Notes: generated from the letters alone by a model not told the origin. 64,000 nucleotides of DNA from Alphaproteobacteria bacterium (GCA_965232515.1 CBDDPY010000002.1:5792001-5856000), one strand, 5' to 3'. Positions 8,760 through 17,838 are shown, numbered from the stretch's first letter. A program made the numbers and translations.

Positions 8760-10660
8760 CAAATCCCTCTGTTCGATTTCGCCCTCACCGTACGCACTGC
8801 GTAGCGTCGCCCGAATACCAGCAGGCCGCCGAGACTGACCAGCGCCAGGCCCAGGCCGCCCGGCTCCGGCACGGCGGCAAGCCGCGGCGTCAGCGTCGGC
8901 AACGTCGCCTGCGCCGGCACGTCCAGGATGAAGGCGGCGCTGCAATCGCCTGGTCCCCCTGGACCGGGGAAGCAGGAGCCATTGGTCGAGGCCTGCAGCC
9001 CATTGAAGGCGATGGTGACGGTGTCGCCGAGGTCGGGCGGCAGGGCTTCGACGGCGAAAAACAAGAGCGGCGTCAGGCTCAGCGCGTCGGCCCCGAGCGT
9101 GCCGGCGAACCGGAACGCCTGCGCCGTCGCGTCGGAAATGGCGATGTCGCCGAATTCGACGGCGAACGCCACCAGATCGCTGTCGTTCAGAACGGCGCCC
9201 GCGGCGAAGTTGGCGTCGTCGAAGCTGAGGAAACCGCTGACCGGGTCGCCCGCGTCGAGCCCGGCGGTGACGCAATCCGTGACGCAGGCGGCGCTCAAGT
9301 CATAGGTGATGACGCCAGCTCTTGCCGGTGCCGCAACGCCGGCCGCCGCCAGGAACGCGAACGCGGCGGCCAGGGGCGCGGCGAGGGAGGCTCCGCGCCT
9401 CCGGCCGCCGGCCGACGGCGTCACCGGTTGCCGTCGGCGGCGGGCGGTGAACAGGCCGAACAGGGCCGCGCCCAACAACGCCAGCCCGCCCGGCTCGGGC
9501 ACGTCGACAATGCGCGGCAGCAACGGTCCCAGGCGGCCGCGGGCCTGATCGCCAAGCTCGGCGTCGCCGCATCGGTCACCGATGCAGGACGCGTTGGTCG
9601 AGGCGATGACGCTGCCGACCAGGTTGGCGAAAAAGAAGTCGCCGCTATCGGGCGCGATCGCATCGAACAGGGCGATCGCGATGAGGGACAGCGCCAGCGT
9701 GTCGGGGTTGTCCAGCTTTGCGTTGAATATCACGGCGTTTGCCGTCGAGGCATCGATCGTGACGCTGCCGAACTCGACGGCGAAATCGACGAGGGCGTCC
9801 TGGTCAACGAAGGCGTCCACCAGAAAGGCGGCGGCGTCGAGGGCGAAGAAGCCGCTGCCCTTGTCGCCGACGTCGAGGCCGACGAGGTCGCAGTCGAGCT
9901 CGCAGGTGATGTCGAAATCGTAAGCGATGACGCCGGCCTGCGCCGGCGCCGAGACACCGCCCGCCGTCAGCAGGGCGAGCGCCGCGGCCAGGGGCGCCCC
10001 GAGGAGAAACAGGCGCCCCTGGCCGGCCGCCGGCGCGGCGGCCGACCTCCGCCGGCGCAGGACGGCTAGCCCGATCAGGGCCACGCTCATCAGTCCGAGC
10101 CCACCCGGCGCCGGAACGGCGGCATGCGACGGCGCCTCGATGGAACTCGGCCTTAGGTTGACGCTCGGCATCTTCGCATTGGCAGGGCTGCTGCCCGGGT
10201 CGACCACGATGCAATCGCTGTCGGCGCAGGCGCCGTCGATCGACGCGAAAACCCTGCCGAGCCGAAGCGTGATCAATTCGCCCTGATCGGGACCGAGCGC
10301 TTCCGCCGCGACGAATTCAGCGAAGTCGATCGTCAGCGCATCGTTCCTCAGTTCGCCCTGAAAGAACAGTCCGACAGCCGTCGTGTTGTCGAGGCTGATG
10401 TCGCCGAAGTCGATGGCGAAGGCCGTGACATCGGCGGTGCCTAGGATCGCGCCGGGCGCGAAGTTGGCGTCGTCGAAGGTGATGAAACCGTCGCCGATGG
10501 GATCGCCGAGGTCGAGACCGAATTCGGCGCAATTGAGCCGACAGTCGGCCGTGATGTCATAGGTGATCGTGCCGGCTTGCGCCGTTGTCGCGTCGCTGGC
10601 GACGACCAGCAGGACGGCGGTCGCGAACCCAGCGACGAGGAAATGCTTGCGTAGGGGCAT
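8759..10660 (-). CDS. Triple PEP-CTERM polyprotein-like protein: 3 x [signal peptide - Cys-paired domain - PEP-CTERM]
   Basis: ATG after a CAGGAG RBS; VPAPGG/VPEPGG/VPEPGG + TM + basic cluster occurs three times; AQA|G, AQA|G and ARA|G signal-peptidase-like sites each precede G(T/V)I(T/A)YD. Confidence 0.88.
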   Translation of the reverse strand: MPLRKHFLVAGFATAVLLVVASDATTAQAGTITYDITADCRLNCAEFGLDLGDPIGDGFITFDDANFAPGAILGTADVTAFAIDFGDISLDNTTAVGLFFQGELRNDALTIDFAEFVAAEALGPDQGELITLRLGRVFASIDGACADSDCIVVDPGSSPANAKMPSVNLRPSSIEAPSHAAVPAPGGLGLMSVALIGLAVLRRRRSAAAPAAGQGRLFLLGAPLAAALALLTAGGVSAPAQAGVIAYDFDITCELDCDLVGLDVGDKGSGFFALDAAAFLVDAFVDQDALVDFAVEFGSVTIDASTANAVIFNAKLDNPDTLALSLIAIALFDAIAPDSGDFFFANLVGSVIASTNASCIGDRCGDAELGDQARGRLGPLLPRIVDVPEPGGLALLGAALFGLFTARRRRQPVTPSAGGRRRGASLAAPLAAAFAFLAAAGVAAPARAGVITYDLSAACVTDCVTAGLDAGDPVSGFLSFDDANFAAGAVLNDSDLVAFAVEFGDIAISDATAQAFRFAGTLGADALSLTPLLFFAVEALPPDLGDTVTIAFNGLQASTNGSCFPGPGGPGDCSAAFILDVPAQATLPTLTPRLAAVPEPGGLGLALVSLGGLLVFGRRYAVRTVRAKSNRGI

Positions 10661-10724
10661 AGTCTGACTCCTGAACAGAACGTTCGTCCCCCACAGCGAA
10701 CATATATCATTCATGTCGGACGTT

Positions 10725-10829
10725 CGTTCAGTTTGTCAAACGATTTTTTGAGTCATTGCTGTTCGAGAATGTTCTATGAAACGAACGATTGAAAAATAAA
10801 TCATTCAAAATCGTTTGACAAACCGAACG
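10725..10829. promoter_or_regulatory. Symmetric divergent promoter/operator region
   Basis: 23-bp inverted repeat with 1 mismatch (10725-10747 vs 10807-10829), each copy holding an outward-facing TTGACA; three 18-bp YGTTY-N8-RAACG sites. Confidence 0.7.
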
Positions 10830-10894
10830 ATTGATCCTTAATTATGCCGGTCGCACCGCATGAAGGGATTTTTGCGGAAAGGAGACATCGGCAC

Positions 10895-11500
10895 ATGCAA
10901 ACCCAGAGCCTTTGCCTGCCGCCGCGCGGTTCGGCGATCCGGCGGGCCGTGCCGGCCGATTGCGGCGAGCTGGACCGGCTGGCGCTGATGGCGTTCCGGC
11001 GCGCGGCCCCGGCCCACTACACGGCCGAACAGACCGAGCGTATTCTGCGCTTCCTGATCAAGATCGACCGCGGGCTGATCACCACCGGCCGGCTGTTCGC
11101 GCTGCAGGACGACGGCCGTCTTGTCGGCTGCGCCGGCTGGTCCAGCGGCGGCCCGCTGATCCGTGGCGCCGCCGACGCGGTCGGGAGCTGGGCCGGCGCC
11201 GGCCGGAACGGCGACGGTCCTGGGCCCGACGGTCGGCCCGGGGCCGAGATCCGCTGCGTTTATGTGCACCCGGACCAACAGCGCCGCGGCGTCGCCAAGC
11301 GCCTGCTGGTGACCGCCGAGCGCGACGCGGCCGCGGCCGGACACCGGCGGTTCTCGCTGATCGCGACGCTGCCGTCCGTGCCCTTCTACCTCAGCCGTGG
11401 CTACCAGGCCGTTCAGCCCCTCGACATTCCCATGCCCGAGGGCGCGCCCGTGCAGGGCCTCGCTATGGCAAAGGACGTCGCCGCCCGCTGCGCCCGCTGA
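10895..11500 (+). CDS. GNAT family N-acetyltransferase
   Basis: IRRAVPAD, LVGCAGWS, IRCVYVHPDQQRRGVAKRLL (motif A), ATLPSVPFYLSRGY; AAAGGAG RBS. Confidence 0.9.
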   Translation: MQTQSLCLPPRGSAIRRAVPADCGELDRLALMAFRRAAPAHYTAEQTERILRFLIKIDRGLITTGRLFALQDDGRLVGCAGWSSGGPLIRGAADAVGSWAGAGRNGDGPGPDGRPGAEIRCVYVHPDQQRRGVAKRLLVTAERDAAAAGHRRFSLIATLPSVPFYLSRGYQAVQPLDIPMPEGAPVQGLAMAKDVAARCAR

Positions 11501-11738
11501 CCCGCGGGCGCAAACGCGGCGCCACCCCACATCGCGAGGGCCTCAGGCCTGCGGCGGTCCCGATCTCAGCCCCACGTTCCGGAACCGCCCCGCCGTGCGC
11601 GCGTGCTGGCGCACGGCTCGCGATGCCGACGGCTGTCAGTGGCAGCCGCGCACATCACGGGTAAGCCTATGAAAACACCAAATAATCGTCATTGCCGGGC
11701 TTGACCCGGCAATCCAGATAATAGCTTTCGGTACGCCC

Positions 11739-12362
11739 CTAAAACTCCGTCGTCACGCCCGCGCGCGACGGGCCGGCCGTCACGTCCTCGGCCGTCGCGC
11801 CGGCGCCGTCGGCCGTCGGCGACGGATAGGCCGCCACCAGGATCGCTTCCGAATCGTCGTCCAGGCCCTCGTAGCTGTGCGGCAGGTTGCCCTTCATGCG
11901 CAGGAAGTCGCCGGGGCCCAGCTCGACCTCCTGGCCGGCCGGGCCGATGCGCCAGCGGCCCTTGGTGACGATCAGATGCTCGACGGTGCCGGGCGCGTGC
12001 GGCGTCGACTTGTGCACGCCGCGCTGGATCGTGCCCTGCAGAAATTCGAGCTGCACGCCGGGCAGCTGCGACCAGCTGATCGAGCGATAGCGGATCGGGT
12101 CGGCGTCGACCCAGCTGCCCTGCGGCGCCCGCACTACCACCACCGTCGCCTCGTCCGAGCTCACCAGGTCGCTCAGCCGGACGCGCAACGCGTTCGCCAG
12201 CGCCCACAAGGTCTCCAGCGTCGGATTGGCGTTGCCCATCTCGATCTTCGACAGGTTGGCCTTGGCCACGCCCGACATGCGCGCCAGCTCCGACAGCGAG
12301 ATTCCCCGCCCGATGCGCGCCGATTTGATACGACTGCCGACTTCGGCTCTGATCTTTTCCAT
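11739..12362 (-). CDS. XRE-family HTH regulator with C-terminal cupin domain
   Basis: SLSELARMSGVAKANLSKIEMGNANPTLETLWALA HTH; PHAPGTVEH...LGPGDF...PHSY cupin. Confidence 0.92.
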   Translation of the reverse strand: MEKIRAEVGSRIKSARIGRGISLSELARMSGVAKANLSKIEMGNANPTLETLWALANALRVRLSDLVSSDEATVVVVRAPQGSWVDADPIRYRSISWSQLPGVQLEFLQGTIQRGVHKSTPHAPGTVEHLIVTKGRWRIGPAGQEVELGPGDFLRMKGNLPHSYEGLDDDSEAILVAAYPSPTADGAGATAEDVTAGPSRAGVTTEF

Positions 12363-12513
12363 TCGTTCAATATATCGATCATTCCGCCGCCGAAAAGAAA
12401 AATCATCGTGATCGACGCATCAAAAACACGCGTTTCCGACATGGGTTTGCCGTCGTCCATCCGACGGCTGAGGCGTTTTCGAATTCAGAAGACTTTCGCC
12501 CGATCGGCTGCGA

Positions 12514-13269
12514 TCACTTGCCCTCGCTCAGAGCGATCGATTCTTCGACAACCGCTTTGAGTCGAGTGAGACGCTCGATCAGGCTACCCGTGTCGGGAAG
12601 GGCTTCATGCCAATAATAGTAGATCTCGGTCTCGTGGATGGCTGTCGTGGCGGCAACCATGTAGGTGCTGTCTGTTCCGTCGTCCGCTCGGATCTCCCCG
12701 AGAGCGGCCGTGTAGAAGGCTTTGTCGTCGATGGAAATCGGTTCGATATTGATATGCGTCCGCACCCGGGTGCCGAAGTACTGCGATAGTCGTTCGGCAT
12801 AAGCGCCATCGCCTTCATTCACGTCTCGCACGATGCTCGCAAACGTCCCGTCATCAAGCACAGATCTGAGCTCTTGCAACAGCGTCTCGCGGGATTTGCC
12901 CGGCCGGCTGTCGGCGTCGCGCCGCGCCTTGATGACAATCCATTGCGCGGGCTCCGTTATTGTCCGATTTGCCGCGCAATCGATCACGAACAGAAGTGGT
13001 TTCAGCTTGGGATCGAGCGCCGCATATTCCTGTATCGCCGGCTCGAAGGCTTTGTCAGGCAGACAGAAACCATCCGGCGTGGCGAACCTAAACATGTGGC
13101 CGTTGTATTCGACGGCGTGAGTCGTCGGTGTATCTGCGGCATCGGCATGCCTGGGCCAGCCAAGAAGGAGTAAGAGCGTTATCGCGTGCAGAGCGGCAGT
13201 TGCCGATAATGCGCCCAGGTTCTTTTGCCCGGCCTTTCTCATCGCCACTTGTACCGGTTTCGCTATCAT
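12514..13269 (-). CDS. Hypothetical exported/membrane-anchored protein
   Basis: 251-aa ORF with a hydrophobic segment ending in HADA; AT-richer than its flanks; no family recognised. Confidence 0.6.
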   Translation of the reverse strand: MIAKPVQVAMRKAGQKNLGALSATAALHAITLLLLLGWPRHADAADTPTTHAVEYNGHMFRFATPDGFCLPDKAFEPAIQEYAALDPKLKPLLFVIDCAANRTITEPAQWIVIKARRDADSRPGKSRETLLQELRSVLDDGTFASIVRDVNEGDGAYAERLSQYFGTRVRTHINIEPISIDDKAFYTAALGEIRADDGTDSTYMVAATTAIHETEIYYYWHEALPDTGSLIERLTRLKAVVEESIALSEGK

Positions 13270-13435
13270 TTGGCGCTTTGTCTTTGATTATTTCTCAAAA
13301 TGATAGCACGTGATGAGGAGAGCCGCCCGGGATTCCGGCTCTGAACCTCCTTCTCATGTTCAGTACATCAATCACTGCGTCGATGAGTAGAAAACTGACG
13401 CGATTCCAGTGCCTTGGTGTCTTGACAAGGCATCG

Positions 13436-14536
13436 CTATTTGGATGCTCGATGTGGCGTCAATTCGGCGACCCGGTCAAGCCAGGCTACGACAGTTTCCA
13501 TCGCCGTGGCGTCCATCGTCGTTTCGATTTGCCAGATTTCCTCGATGTCGCCGCGTTGCGCGGGCTGGAACATGTGGTTGAGGCCCGGTAGAACGGCGAC
13601 CTCGGAGGCGGGATGGCGCAGCAGCGGGCCCGTCAGCGGCGCGTTGACCGCGGCCGAGACGAACAGGTCCTTGTCGGCGTAGAGCGCCAGCACCGGGCCG
13701 TCATAGGCGGCAATGATCGGCGCGACCGGGCGGTCGAGCTCGGCCATCATCCAGGCCGTCGCGAAGGCCGCGGCGAGTTTTTCGGCCTGCGCCCGGCCGG
13801 CGCCTTCGGCGGCCGCGAAGTCGCGGAGGCGGTCATGCGCCGTCTCGACGCCGTCGGACGTCCGCAGGATTTCGAAAATCGCGCGCAGCTCGCGGTCCAG
13901 ACGCGCGAGCTCGGCGTCCGATCGGCCCGCGAGGCGTTCGAAGTCGCGATGCTGCAACAGCAGCGTCTCGGCAATGGTCGTGACGCCGCTGGCGAGCAGG
14001 ACCATGAAGTCCGGCCGCTCGGTCGAGGCCGCGATCGGCGCCTTGATGCCGCCTTGCGAATGGCCGATGAAGCCGGCGCGGGCGGGATCGATGCGCGGCT
14101 GCTGTCGCAGCCACTTCAGCGCCGCCGCCGCGTCGGCCGCGAAGTCGTCGTCGGTCGCCGTGGCGGCATCGCCGGTGCCGCGGCCGAACCCCCGGTCGTC
14201 ATGCCGGAACACGGCATAGCCGTGCCGCGTCAGGAAATCGGACAGCACCAGAAACGGCCGGTGGCCGAGCAATTTCGCGTTCCGGTCGACGACCTCCGAG
14301 CCGGAGACGAGCACGACGCCGGGAAACGGCCCGTCGCCCCGCGGCAGGGTCAGCTCGCCGGCCAGTCGTACATCGGGCGCGCCGCCGGGGATGACGACCT
14401 CGCGGATATCGTAGTCGCGCGCAACCGGCGTCTGCGGCCACGGCAGCATCTCCAGCATGACATTCTCATAGGCCTGCTTGCAGGCTGACAGCAGGCCCAG
14501 ACCGGCGACCAAAGCCATGCCGAACAGGCGGTTCAT
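13436..14536 (-). CDS. Alpha/beta hydrolase family lipoprotein
   Basis: MNRLFGMALVAGLGLLSAC lipobox; LAGELTLP.G.GPFPGVVLVSGS, GHSQGG, KD, LNHMFQ triad; ATGA overlap with the upstream gene. Confidence 0.88.
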   Translation of the reverse strand: MNRLFGMALVAGLGLLSACKQAYENVMLEMLPWPQTPVARDYDIREVVIPGGAPDVRLAGELTLPRGDGPFPGVVLVSGSEVVDRNAKLLGHRPFLVLSDFLTRHGYAVFRHDDRGFGRGTGDAATATDDDFAADAAAALKWLRQQPRIDPARAGFIGHSQGGIKAPIAASTERPDFMVLLASGVTTIAETLLLQHRDFERLAGRSDAELARLDRELRAIFEILRTSDGVETAHDRLRDFAAAEGAGRAQAEKLAAAFATAWMMAELDRPVAPIIAAYDGPVLALYADKDLFVSAAVNAPLTGPLLRHPASEVAVLPGLNHMFQPAQRGDIEEIWQIETTMDATAMETVVAWLDRVAELTPHRASK

Positions 14537-15483
14537 GTCCGTGCCCGCCCATCGTTGTAGCGGGTTTGCGGGCGGCCGACCGCCGGGCTTGGCGTCATTT
14601 CCGGGCCGGCGAACAGGACCGTCGCGGCCGCGCGCCACGTCGGCGCGGCGGTCAGCGCGCGCCACAGCTTCACCGCGCCATGGGCGTGCACGGCAATGGG
14701 GTTGCGGCTGACCAGCGGCTCGGTCAGACCGTAGTCCACCGGCTCGACCTCGGCCGCGTAGGTGCCGAACAGCCGGTCCCAGACGATCAGGATGCCGCCA
14801 TAGTTCTTGTCGATGTATTGCGGGTTGCGGCCGTGGTGCACCCGGTGGTTCGACGGCGTGTTCAGCCAGGGATCGAGCCAGCGCAGGCGGCCGACCAGCT
14901 CGGTGTGGATCCATTGCTGCCAGGCCAGAACGAGGCCCAGGCAGGTCAGCACCAGCAGCGGATGAAAGCCCACCAGCACCAGCGGCAGATAGAGCAGCGG
15001 CGAGACGAAGAAGTCGACGAAGCTGATGCGCGCCGCGATGGTCTGGTCGAAATGGTCGCCCGAATGATGCACCGAGTGATAGAGCGACCACAGCGCGTTG
15101 ACCCGATGGCCCAGCCGGTGCTCGCCGTAATAGACCAGGTCGACCAGCAGCAGACAGAGCGCCGCCGTCGCCCAGGTCGTCGGAACCGTCCAGGGCGCGA
15201 CCGCGGCCGCGCCATAGAACAGGCCAATCAGCACGCCGGTCAGCAGCACCTCGACCGCCGTCGCCGGCAGCAGGCAGAACAGGCTGGTCAGCATGCCGGT
15301 CAGCCGCCGCCGGTCGAGCTTGCGCCGCCACCATAGCCAGGCGATCTCGACGACGAGGATCGGCAGCCCGATGCCGAGCAGGCCCAGCACCACCAGATCC
15401 GAAGTCGGCAACAGTGCCTCCGGCGCGCCAGGAATGGCGGCGCCGTCCGCCGCGGCCATGGCCATCGAGGGCGCAAAATCCAT
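14533..15483 (-). CDS. Sterol desaturase/fatty-acid hydroxylase family protein (alkylglycerol monooxygenase-like)
   Basis: His boxes HRLGH, HSVHH, WIHTE, HRVHH plus YIDKNYGGILIVWDRLFGT. Confidence 0.9.
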   Translation of the reverse strand: MDFAPSMAMAAADGAAIPGAPEALLPTSDLVVLGLLGIGLPILVVEIAWLWWRRKLDRRRLTGMLTSLFCLLPATAVEVLLTGVLIGLFYGAAAVAPWTVPTTWATAALCLLLVDLVYYGEHRLGHRVNALWSLYHSVHHSGDHFDQTIAARISFVDFFVSPLLYLPLVLVGFHPLLVLTCLGLVLAWQQWIHTELVGRLRWLDPWLNTPSNHRVHHGRNPQYIDKNYGGILIVWDRLFGTYAAEVEPVDYGLTEPLVSRNPIAVHAHGAVKLWRALTAAPTWRAAATVLFAGPEMTPSPAVGRPQTRYNDGRART

Positions 15484-15493
15484 CTTTTCGATC

Positions 15494-15537
15494 TCCTAAC
15501 AATATTAGAGTGATCGTTCGCTCTAATATTGTTAGGA
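15494..15537. promoter_or_regulatory. Perfect 17-bp-arm palindrome, probable TetR operator
   Basis: tcctaacaatattagag-N10-ctctaatattgttagga between the divergent desaturase and TetR genes. Confidence 0.8.
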
Positions 15538-15626
15538 TGGCGACCGTCGGCAAGAGAGAAAATCGCGCGATGTCGATGTGCGGCCGGCGAATTCGGGTAG
15601 AAAGGCCGGAACACGGGAGCAAACGG

Positions 15627-16232
15627 ATGGCGCGCAAACGAAACGAAGCGGCCTTCGCGGCCCGGCGGTCGGAGATTCTCCGGGCGGCGGAGGCGTTGTT
15701 CGTGGCGCACGGCTTTCATGGCACCGGCATGGCGGCGATCTGCGAGGCCGCCGGCATGAGCCCCGGCACGCTCTACCGCTACTTCCCGGCCAAGGCCGAC
15801 ATCATCAGGGCTATCGTCGCCGAGGAACGGGCCGAGACGGCGGCCTGGTTCGACCGGCTGGACGACGCGGCGGATTTCCAGGCGGCGCTGGTGGCGGCGT
15901 TGGCCGAGGCCATCGACGCGGTCGCGGACGAGACCTACGGCCGGCTGGCGCTCGAGATCGCGGCGGAGGCCGGCCGCGATGCCGATATCGCCGCCATTCT
16001 GGCCGAGGCCGAAACCGAAGCCCGCGAGCGCCTGACCGCCATCATCGCCGACGCCCAACGTCGCGGCGATGTCGACGCCACGGCCGATCCCACGACCACG
16101 GCACGGCTGCTGCTCATGCTCATCGACGGCGCCACAGGCGCGGGACCGGGCGCACTTCCGATGCCGGCGAAACAGCTTCGCCAGGCGTTGCGGCGCCTGC
16201 TCGACGGCCTGCTCGGCCCGGCCGAAACCTGA
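15627..16232 (+). CDS. TetR/AcrR family transcriptional regulator
   Basis: ILRAAEALFVAHGFHGTGMAAICEAAGMSPGTLYRYFPAKADII HTH. Confidence 0.93.
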   Translation: MARKRNEAAFAARRSEILRAAEALFVAHGFHGTGMAAICEAAGMSPGTLYRYFPAKADIIRAIVAEERAETAAWFDRLDDAADFQAALVAALAEAIDAVADETYGRLALEIAAEAGRDADIAAILAEAETEARERLTAIIADAQRRGDVDATADPTTTARLLLMLIDGATGAGPGALPMPAKQLRQALRRLLDGLLGPAET

Positions 16233-16369
16233 CGCGAAACGGCATCATTTCGACATTTTCGGAAGCATCGAAGCGAGCCGGAATTCCGCCGATCTTTCTG
16301 CTTGACCATTCCTGTGCATGGGGTTGTTCCGCGATCTCCCCTGCGTGACCCCCCCCCCCCGGGGTTGGA

Positions 16370-17632
16370 TCAGGTGTCGCGGGCGGCCTGGGTCACCTCC
16401 TCGATCGACGTCACGGTCTGTCGGCTCAGCATCAGCTCGCGGGCGAGCCGCAGCGCCCGGCGCTCGCAGGCGGCGCGGCGATCCGGGTCCTCGATCCATT
16501 CGAGGTCGATGTTGTGGGCGAGGCCGAGGATGCGGCGGATCATCTTCGCTGCGGCGAAACCGAGCGTGTCCGCGAACAGGGCCGCCATGTAGCGCGCCTG
16601 CGCCGCTTGCATGGCGTCGGGCGCCGCGTCGAACAGCGGACGCGGATAGGCGTCGCCCGTCAGCCCCTTGTCCCAAAGCGCCCGGAACTTGGCATCGAAC
16701 AGCGTCCAGCACTCCTCGACCTGATCCAGCACCCAGGCCTTGTAGGCTTCGCGGTCTTCCGTCTCGGTCGCGTGGCCGTCCTGGCTGCAATAGTTCAGCA
16801 GCAGGTTCGCGATCAGCGCGCCGGTGTCGAAGCCCATGGGCCCGTAGAAGGCGAACTCCGGATCGATCACCCGCGTATCGTCCGCCGTCACCATGATCGA
16901 GCCGGTGTGCAGGTCGCCGTGCAGCATGGCCTGGGTCTCGGTCATGAATTTCAGCTTCAGCTCCGAGACAGCCAGCTTCAGCGGGCCGTCCGCGCGGATC
17001 GCTTCCGCGCCGGCGTCGAGCTGTGGCGTCGTCCAGCGGTTGTTCTCGGCCACCATGTAGGGCTCGGTGAAGATCAGGTCCTCGGTGATCTTGCACAACG
17101 CCGTGTTGCCGCAGAAGGCCGCGACCTGCGCCTTCTTCTCAGCCGCGGTCAGGGCGAGATCCGAGGTGCCGAACAGCGTCTCGGCCATGAACGTGGTGAT
17201 GTGGTCGGCGAAGTGCGGATAGACGATCGCGTCGATCATGCCGCGCCGCATGATGATGTGCGGCTGCAACAGCTCCATGACGATCAGCGCCAGCGTCTCG
17301 TCGTAGTGCAGCACGCGCGGCGCCAGCCCGGGGGCGAGCCGGTTGTGTGCGCCCAGCGCCAGCTGCTCGAAATGCGCCCGCGACAGCGGCAGCGGCCAGC
17401 TCTCGCCGACGAGCCGCACATAGGGCAGGGCCTGCTTCACGGCGACGCCGCCGTCGGCGCCGTCCACGATGAACACCAGATTAAGGTTGCCGTCGCCGAC
17501 CTCACGCACCCGCCAGGCCTCGGGCCCGCCGCCCAGCACCGCCGCGACCTCGTCGACGCCGGCCAGATAGGCCGGCAGCGATTTGTCGTCGTGCGGCTTG
17601 TAGCCCGGCGGCGTTTCCAGCGTTGCGTCCAT
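16370..17632 (-). CDS. mtnK: S-methyl-5-thioribose kinase
   Basis: EVGDGNLNLVF, KQALPYVRLVGESWPL, LCKITEDLIFT, LHGDLHTGS, IDPEFAFYGPMGFD. Confidence 0.93.
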   Translation of the reverse strand: MDATLETPPGYKPHDDKSLPAYLAGVDEVAAVLGGGPEAWRVREVGDGNLNLVFIVDGADGGVAVKQALPYVRLVGESWPLPLSRAHFEQLALGAHNRLAPGLAPRVLHYDETLALIVMELLQPHIIMRRGMIDAIVYPHFADHITTFMAETLFGTSDLALTAAEKKAQVAAFCGNTALCKITEDLIFTEPYMVAENNRWTTPQLDAGAEAIRADGPLKLAVSELKLKFMTETQAMLHGDLHTGSIMVTADDTRVIDPEFAFYGPMGFDTGALIANLLLNYCSQDGHATETEDREAYKAWVLDQVEECWTLFDAKFRALWDKGLTGDAYPRPLFDAAPDAMQAAQARYMAALFADTLGFAAAKMIRRILGLAHNIDLEWIEDPDRRAACERRALRLARELMLSRQTVTSIEEVTQAARDT

Positions 17633-17838
17633 CCCCATCACTCCCTGCACGGATTTCGTTTGCCGGCGATTTTGGCGGTCCGGGCCGCGCGACGCAAAGG
17701 CGAAAGTCGCCTCTGTACGCGCCGCGCCGAACCGGTTTAAATGACGACCAACGGCGCGGGCAAAGACGCCGAACAAGTTGACAGGGGAATTGGGGAGGCG
17801 ATCGTTTGCGTAACCTTGCACGGGCGGGTCGCGCCTAG

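Noticed and set aside
13436-15637. 733-aa ORF as a desaturase-hydrolase fusion
   Set aside because: Its N-terminal half is an off-frame reading of the desaturase; the real hydrolase starts at 14536 with a lipobox.
16349-16360. C12 homopolymer as a phase-variation tract
   Set aside because: It lies between two convergent 3' ends, not in a CDS or promoter; more likely part of a hairpin with the following GGGG or a sequencing-length artefact.
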